Virus record (IMG/VR): IMGVR_UViG_3300044675_006493
Span: 1-52,135 of that record
Source: a virus
Taxonomy: Duplodnaviria; Caudoviricetes
Direction: 5' to 3' (one strand)
Length of the DNA stretch: 52,135 nucleotides
Shown: positions 46,852 through 52,135 of the stretch, piece by piece
Numbering within the stretch: the stretch's first letter is position 1
Layout of the letters: each line of letters opens with the position of its first letter
Position numbers and translations under genes: made by a program
Notes under the pieces: generated by a model
The model's input: the letters and a program-made list of their open reading frames with translations, nothing else
Told to the model about the DNA's origin: nothing
The model's database searches: none

Positions 46852-46909
46852 CCCATTCTACTATGCGAATACAACCGAATCAATACCTTTTAGATACTTT
46901 TTTATTCCG
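46852..46909 (-). promoter_or_regulatory. Early promoter, copy 2 (58-bp repeat)
   Basis: Minus strand: A-tract UP element, TTGATT-17 nt-TAGAAT. Confidence 0.8.
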
Positions 46910-47242
46910 CTGCCGCTGCCCGCTTTTCGTCGCGCTAACGGAAAACGGGCAACGGACCGATAGGGTCGATATCGTCCGAAATGCGCCGAATCACGACAAA
47001 AAACAGGCTCCGATGAGGTTGTTTTGTTCGTTTGGTGCCGATAACCTCCCCTTAGATAGCGAGAACCTTGACAATCCGCCAACAACGACACCCGCGATAA
47101 GGCCAGCGCGTCAGCGCGATTGCCCGCGATCCGCACACCGCAAAAGCGGTTTCGGAAACGGAAAACGGCTCGACCTCTCGCGGAATGTCGGGTTTTAGTC
47201 GGGCGCGCGGCTCGAACTCATAGTGCTCGGCCAAGCCCGCCT

Positions 47243-48031
47243 GAGGCGGGAGGCGGAAGGGCGCGGGCGCTCCAATGGGCTGGAAGTTTCTTGGGTCCCG
47301 CCGAGTTGAAGCCAAAATTTTTTTGAAATTTTTTTGATTTTTTTTTGCGGTTGGAAATATTTTTGCTGATGAGAATATTTTTGTTGGATTTTGGTTGTTG
47401 TGGCTATAACATGTTCTTTGCTGCTACAAGCGTTTGATGCGAGCAGAAGCAAAGATCAAATGTTGGCCATACTAAAAGCATTGGCACAGATAAAGGAGTC
47501 AAGCATGCAGGAAAATAATCGAACAATGTTTTTTGAGGCCGCAGATGTTTACGGTCTTTCTTATTGTCTTGATTTTGTTGCTTCCTATATTTCTTGTGAA
47601 TTGGATATCCATCTTTTTGCATCGATGTTTGACGGAAAAGTTTGCAAGGAACCTTTCACGTTTTCTTCGCAAGGAAAAACCAATGAAGATCTCAGCGAAA
47701 ATTGTTTGGATTCAATTTTTGAGGATTGTTCCAAGTTTCTTTTGGAGAAATCTTCCTTACTTCTTCATTGCAAAGCCTTTGGTTTGGACGGCAACAAAGC
47801 AGGTATGACATTTTCCTTGGGGAGAAATGAGAGGCCCAATCCTCTGGAGTTTTCTTTCCCGGGTGACGCAATACATATTTTGGAACTTTCTTCCTTCATG
47901 TACGGGCGCACTTCTTATTGCGAAAAAGAAGGAAAGATTTGTATTGGTTGATTGAAAAACATTTTTGCCGACCCCCCCTAATGTTTTTTTGAGATTTTTA
48001 GACCCCCCCCACCCCTTTGGGGAAACGAACT
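47243..48031 (+). repeat. Cassette copy B (conserved borders shared with 41852-42635)
   Basis: Same ordered landmarks and near-identical spacing as copy A. Confidence 0.65.
47505..47951 (+). CDS. Hypothetical protein
   Basis: SD AAGGAG before ATG. Confidence 0.55.
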   Translation: MQENNRTMFFEAADVYGLSYCLDFVASYISCELDIHLFASMFDGKVCKEPFTFSSQGKTNEDLSENCLDSIFEDCSKFLLEKSSLLLHCKAFGLDGNKAGMTFSLGRNERPNPLEFSFPGDAIHILELSSFMYGRTSYCEKEGKICIG

Positions 48032-48042
48032 TTTGGAGCATC

Positions 48043-48456
48043 ATGAATTTCGAAGATTGTCATTTGCCTTACGCTGTGTACGGTTCTTTGCGGCCTGATT
48101 GTGGGAACGATGGGTTGTGGAGAAACCGTGCGAATGTCAGAGATGGGAAGTGGTTCGTTGATGGTTACAGGCTCGTTGCGCATCGCAGTGGCATGTTTCC
48201 TTTTGCTTTGCCTTCTCCCTTTGGACATATCTGCGTCGATTTAATTGATCCACTTTCTCATCTTCAGGAGGATCTGCGTATTGATTTTGATCTTCTGGAG
48301 GGTTACCCCAATTTTTACAATCGCATCAAGGTCGATGTGTACGGCGAGAACTCTCAGTGTGTTGCTTGGCTTTACACACCTAACGATTCTGAAAGTTATG
48401 AGCATTTGCCTCGCGTGTCTGGTGGGAACTGGAAAAATTATCTAATCAATGTTTGA
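48043..48456 (+). CDS. Gamma-glutamylcyclotransferase (AIG2-like)
   Basis: AVYGSLR...N, DLLEGYPNFYNR, AWLY, V.GGNW motifs. Confidence 0.85.
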   Translation: MNFEDCHLPYAVYGSLRPDCGNDGLWRNRANVRDGKWFVDGYRLVAHRSGMFPFALPSPFGHICVDLIDPLSHLQEDLRIDFDLLEGYPNFYNRIKVDVYGENSQCVAWLYTPNDSESYEHLPRVSGGNWKNYLINV

Positions 48457-48523
48457 GTAGGTTGTTTTTTAAACCAACCATGGATAGCATGTATTCATGG
48501 AGTCCAACAGGAAAGGAAATGAA

Positions 48524-48766
48524 ATGAGTGACAGCAATTCCACAGAGAAGCGTGCCCTTCACGCCTACCTTGACGTAGGCGCTTACGAACGTTTTTCTGA
48601 CTTTGCCTCTAATGGGGGCGTCTCGGTGTCCGGTTTGCTGCAAGCCATTGGCCAGAACCTTGATGGCAAGAGTGAAAACATCAACCTCAATAGTTTGCTG
48701 CTTGATGCACGTTCGGTTGATTCTGATCGACGCAAGCGGCCCATGTTGCGAAAGGGAAACAAGTAA
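48524..48766 (+). CDS. Ribbon-helix-helix-like DNA-binding protein
   Basis: RALHAYL strand followed by two helices with a GVSVSGLL turn. Confidence 0.6.
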   Translation: MSDSNSTEKRALHAYLDVGAYERFSDFASNGGVSVSGLLQAIGQNLDGKSENINLNSLLLDARSVDSDRRKRPMLRKGNK

Positions 48767-49782
48767 TGCCTCACAATTTGGAACAGTACGGCGAGGGAAC
48801 TTCTTTCGCCTATAACGGTGCTGAGAACCCTTGGCATCGTCTTGGTGTGAAGATGGATGGTCTTTCGACGGCTGAAGAGATGCTTTTGGCGGCGCGCGCA
48901 GACTATTTGGTGAGTTCTGAACCTCTCTATGTCATGACTGAGAATGGGGCAGTTCAAATCGAAGGTCGTCGCGCCACTGTGCGCAGCGTGCGCGAAGACG
49001 ATGATCGTGATCCTTCGGATCGTATTCTGGGTGTTGTCGGTGAGTCGTATGGCATTGTCCAGAATCGTGATGTTCTGAATCGTGCGTTGGCAGTTGTGAA
49101 CGCTGACGGTAAGGCTGTTGTTGATACTTGTGGCGTTCTAGGCAAGGGCGAACGTTTCTTTGCTTACATTGATTTGGGTCACATGAGCATTGATCCAAAC
49201 GGTATCGACGACAAAATCACTCGTGGTTTGGGTGTTTTGACTTCGCATGATGGGACTGCTGCTGTCACTTATGCGATGAGCAATATCCGTTGGGTTTGCC
49301 AGAACACTGTGACTGCCGGTTTGAACGCTGCCACTCGCATGTTTCGCGCTCGTCACACAACGAATGTTGAATCTATGCTTGTTGACGCTCAAAGAGTTTT
49401 GGGTATTGCCGACACGTGGGAACAAACTTTTTCTCAGTTGGCTGAGCGTCTTCTGCGAGTAAACGACGGGTCGAATTCCGCTAAGGCGCATGACATCATG
49501 AGTCGTGTGGAGGGAATTCTGTGGCCCATGGGTGATGAGCCTTCACGCCATGCAGAAACAATTTCTGAGACTCGCAGCATGGAGTTGCATTCTTTGTTGG
49601 ATTCAGATACTTGTGGCAATGGTTTCGGTTACAACGGTTGGGCAATTTACAATGCGTTCGTTGAATACTCTGATCATGTTCGCCCGCGTTTGTCTGACGA
49701 GCGTCGTGCAGAGGCAACAATTCTTGGCTTGACCGATGATTGGAAGAATAAGGTCGCTAACCTTGTTCTTGCAGGAAGTTAG
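48766..49782 (+). CDS. DUF932-family phage protein
   Basis: PWHRLG, LGVVGESYGIVQN, GVLGKGERFF, TSHDG, IRWVCQNT, RHT, GWAIYNAFVEYSDH. Confidence 0.9.
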   Translation: MPHNLEQYGEGTSFAYNGAENPWHRLGVKMDGLSTAEEMLLAARADYLVSSEPLYVMTENGAVQIEGRRATVRSVREDDDRDPSDRILGVVGESYGIVQNRDVLNRALAVVNADGKAVVDTCGVLGKGERFFAYIDLGHMSIDPNGIDDKITRGLGVLTSHDGTAAVTYAMSNIRWVCQNTVTAGLNAATRMFRARHTTNVESMLVDAQRVLGIADTWEQTFSQLAERLLRVNDGSNSAKAHDIMSRVEGILWPMGDEPSRHAETISETRSMELHSLLDSDTCGNGFGYNGWAIYNAFVEYSDHVRPRLSDERRAEATILGLTDDWKNKVANLVLAGS

Positions 49783-49830
49783 GGCTTGCAACGCAGTTTG
49801 AGGTTTGTCGTGGCCTCCCTGCGTTGCGTT

Positions 49831-49873
49831 GGGGGCGACTCGTTGGGCATGGCGAGTCGCCCCCCTCTCATTT
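49831..49873 (+). terminator. GC-rich hairpin, likely terminator
   Basis: 12-bp stem GGGGGCGACTCG/CGAGTCGCCCCC; pyrimidine-rich tail. Confidence 0.6.
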
Positions 49874-49886
49874 GTATCTTTGGAGG

Positions 49887-50246
49887 ATGATGATGGGTGT
49901 GATGGAGTTTTGCAGGATTATTGATACCGACGATTCCAAAATTCTGTGGACGGTGCTTTACGCAGATGTCGAAAACGATAAATGGAATATTGTTGAAGAA
50001 GATCGAATGAGGATGACGAGTAGGGTGCCTCTTAGCGCATTTCACGAGTGGATCCCCGGTGTTAATCTGTTGGAAAATATGTCCTCTGAGGCAGCAGGAC
50101 TAACTTGGCACGGTTTTGTTTGCATGTGTGCTGTCGCCGCTTACGGTTTGGGGCAGGAGGGTTGGGAGACGCGCGCTTGGTGGATTACGGTTCTTGATCA
50201 AGCGTCAGAGTATCGTGATGAGATTCGCGCTATGCAAAACCTTTGA
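49887..50246 (+). CDS. Hypothetical protein
   Basis: SD GGAGG adjacent to an ATG run. Confidence 0.55.
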   Translation: MMMGVMEFCRIIDTDDSKILWTVLYADVENDKWNIVEEDRMRMTSRVPLSAFHEWIPGVNLLENMSSEAAGLTWHGFVCMCAVAAYGLGQEGWETRAWWITVLDQASEYRDEIRAMQNL

Positions 50247-50261
50247 TTGATTGGAATTTGA

Positions 50262-50531
50262 ATGTCTAATTGTGGAAATTGTTCTTCTTGCGGGTGTGGC
50301 AAGAGAGAGTCTTTGACTGGAAGTTTTTCCAGTGCGGAAGGTGAGGGTTTTGCTCTTTTCCTGAGTGAGGTTGGTGGCATTGATTTGGGATCTGAAGATG
50401 ATTTCTTTTGGAGTTTGGCCGTTTCTCAGATTCCTGTAGATCCATCTCAACCTACTGATGTGTGGGAAAAGAAGGTTGCTGAAAGATTTTCTTACCTTAA
50501 AGAGGTCGCCAACCAAATCGAAGAAGGTTAG
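50262..50531 (+). CDS. Hypothetical protein with an N-terminal Cys cluster
   Basis: CGNCSSCGCG start. Confidence 0.5.
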   Translation: MSNCGNCSSCGCGKRESLTGSFSSAEGEGFALFLSEVGGIDLGSEDDFFWSLAVSQIPVDPSQPTDVWEKKVAERFSYLKEVANQIEEG

Positions 50532-50587
50532 ATAAACCTTCTCTGTGTATAATGTCGGGTTGAGACAATCCTAACTTTTGAGGTTTT

Positions 50588-50923
50588 GTGGTGGCAGCCC
50601 GACGCGATCTAGAGGTTTATCAGGGCGACACGTTCACCCATGAGATTCGCATTGTTGATGCGGATGGTGATCCGATCAATGTGACGGGTAGAACGTTTGA
50701 GTCGCAGGTAAGGCGTCGTACTTCTTACGACACTATCGAAGCAACGTTTTCTGTAGATACGTCTCAGGCCGCGACTGGTGTTGTGGTTTTCACCATTGAT
50801 GCTGCCACTTGCGCCGATTTGGAGACAGGCGTTCATCGTTACGATGTTCACCAAATTGTTGGCGGTGTGGTTTTGACTTTGGTTTATGGTCGGGTCAACA
50901 TTCGTGGTGAGGTCACCCGTTGA
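50588..50923 (+). CDS. Virion/fibre-associated beta protein
   Basis: YQGDTF...PINVTG...SQVR...G.V.F.I...T..L..G..RYDV pattern typical of genes preceding collagen fibres; TATAAT at ~50548. Confidence 0.65.
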   Translation: MVAARRDLEVYQGDTFTHEIRIVDADGDPINVTGRTFESQVRRRTSYDTIEATFSVDTSQAATGVVVFTIDAATCADLETGVHRYDVHQIVGGVVLTLVYGRVNIRGEVTR

Positions 50924-52135
50924 GCAGCGAACAAACAACTGTTGTTGTTGATTCTGGTGCTGTCACAACTGTTGAGGTTGTAGACGAGCAGGTCACAATC
51001 GTTTCGATTGAGGATCGTGCTGTCACCATTATTGGTACTGGCGAGATTGGTCCTGCTGGCCCGCAAGGTGCGACAGGGCCGCAGGGTGTAACAGGGCCGC
51101 AGGGGGCTGCTGGGCCTACGGGTGCGACAGGTGTTCAAGGTCCTACAGGGCCGCAGGGTTCCACCGGTCCTCAGGGTCAGATCGGTCCCCATGGCCCGAC
51201 TGGTCCGACCGGCCCCATCGGGCCGCAGGGCGCTACGGGCGCTATCGGGGCGACGGGCGCTGTTGGCCCAACTGGGGCTACGGGTGTTCAGGGGGCCACG
51301 GGTGCTGTTGGCGCTACCGGAGCGGTTGGTCCTACGGGTGCGACCGGGGCGGTTGGTGCGACAGGACCGCAAGGTGCTGTGGGTGCGACGGGGGCGACCG
51401 GTCCGCAGGGCGCTCAGGGGCCGGTAGGCGATACAGGTCCGCAGGGTCAGACAGGACCTCAGGGCGCTATTGGACCGCAGGGTGCGACGGGTGCGGTTGG
51501 TGCGACTGGGGACACCGGCCCGCAAGGTCCGCAAGGTCCGACAGGTTCGCAGGGCGACACGGGGGATACCGGCCCTCAGGGTCCTACCGGTCCGCAGGGT
51601 GTGACAGGTCCTCATGGTGACACGGGGGCGACAGGTCCTCAGGGACCTCAGGGTGCCACAGGTCCGCAGGGTGCGACCGGCTCGCAAGGACCGACCGGCC
51701 CTCAGGGACCTCAGGGGGCAATTGGCCCGCAGGGTGATACGGGTGCGACTGGCGACACCGGCGCGACTGGCGACACCGGACCTACCGGTCCGCAGGGTGT
51801 TATAGGTCCGCAGGGTCCTGTAGGAGCGACTGGTCCGCAGGGCGATACCGGACCGACTGGTCCGCAGGGTTCAGTTGGCGCTACTGGTCCGCAGGGCGAC
51901 ACTGGCCCTCAGGGTTCTACCGGTCCACAAGGGGCCGTTGGCCCGCAAGGGGCGACTGGTGCGACTGGTTCGCAAGGCCCGACTGGCCCGCAGGGGGATA
52001 CAGGCCCAACCGGGCCGCAAGGCGCGATTGGGGCGACCGGTCCGCAAGGCGACACAGGACCGCAGGGTGCTATTGGCCCTCAGGGCGCTACAGGTGCGCA
52101 AGGGCCGCAAGGCGCTACGGGAGCGACGGGTGTTC
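50920..52135 (+). CDS. Collagen-like fibre protein, N-terminal part (3' partial)
   Basis: TTG start overlaps the upstream TGA; ~121 uninterrupted Gly-X-Y triplets from 51040 to the window end. Absent from the ORF track because there is no stop. Confidence 0.85.
   Translation, partial: MSSEQTTVVVDSGAVTTVEVVDEQVTIVSIEDRAVTIIGTGEIGPAGPQGATGPQGVTGPQGAAGPTGATGVQGPTGPQGSTGPQGQIGPHGPTGPTGPIGPQGATGAIGATGAVGPTGATGVQGATGAVGATGAVGPTGATGAVGATGPQGAVGATGATGPQGAQGPVGDTGPQGQTGPQGAIGPQGATGAVGATGDTGPQGPQGPTGSQGDTGDTGPQGPTGPQGVTGPHGDTGATGPQGPQGATGPQGATGSQGPTGPQGPQGAIGPQGDTGATGDTGATGDTGPTGPQGVIGPQGPVGATGPQGDTGPTGPQGSVGATGPQGDTGPQGSTGPQGAVGPQGATGATGSQGPTGPQGDTGPTGPQGAIGATGPQGDTGPQGAIGPQGATGAQGPQGATGATGV

Noticed and set aside
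42700-47100. Explaining the CCG bias as simple CCGG restriction-site avoidance
   Set aside because: CCGG still occurs (e.g. ~43639, ~44744), and avoidance would not produce a several-fold excess of one orientation.
1-52135. Integrase, att site, CI repressor, parAB, reverse transcriptase/DGR, tRNAs
   Set aside because: No such motifs were recognised by eye; absence should be confirmed with HMM searches and tRNAscan.
52120-52135. Exact circular closure / terminal repeat at the window ends
   Set aside because: The ends do not overlap or join in frame; most likely an assembly break in the collagen repeat rather than biological termini.

Overview
This window is a near-complete, circularly permuted ~52 kb tailed dsDNA phage genome (siphovirus-like; tape measure 1344 aa). 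It is broken inside a long collagen-like fibre gene that runs off the right end and resumes at base 2. An actinobacterial host is inferred from two WhiB proteins, Gram-positive-type LexA boxes, leaderless late genes, and portal/capsid/protease proteins resembling actinophages. Gene order is scrambled: portal at 2.4 kb (+), replication module at 5-10 kb (+), terminase and a five-gene glycosyl/methyltransferase cluster at 10.7-16.8 kb (+), and lysis, tail and head genes at 18.5-39 kb (-). A highly structured control/early region lies at 40.6-48 kb. No integrase, CI-like repressor, tRNA or CRISPR array was recognised. The most unusual signals are non-coding: (1) four tandem LexA/SOS boxes at 41758-41831; (2) an inverted second copy of the replication-initiator iteron array 33 kb from the rep gene; (3) a ~90-nt candidate small RNA with anti-Shine-Dalgarno loops matching the RBS of two early genes; (4) two ~790-bp cassettes with conserved borders bracketing a 5.4-kb early segment; (5) a strong strand-polarised CGG bias across that segment, which encodes an amidoligase and a class II glutamine amidotransferase, with a gamma-glutamylcyclotransferase just beyond it. 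All protein calls come from motif recognition by eye; no database searches were run.
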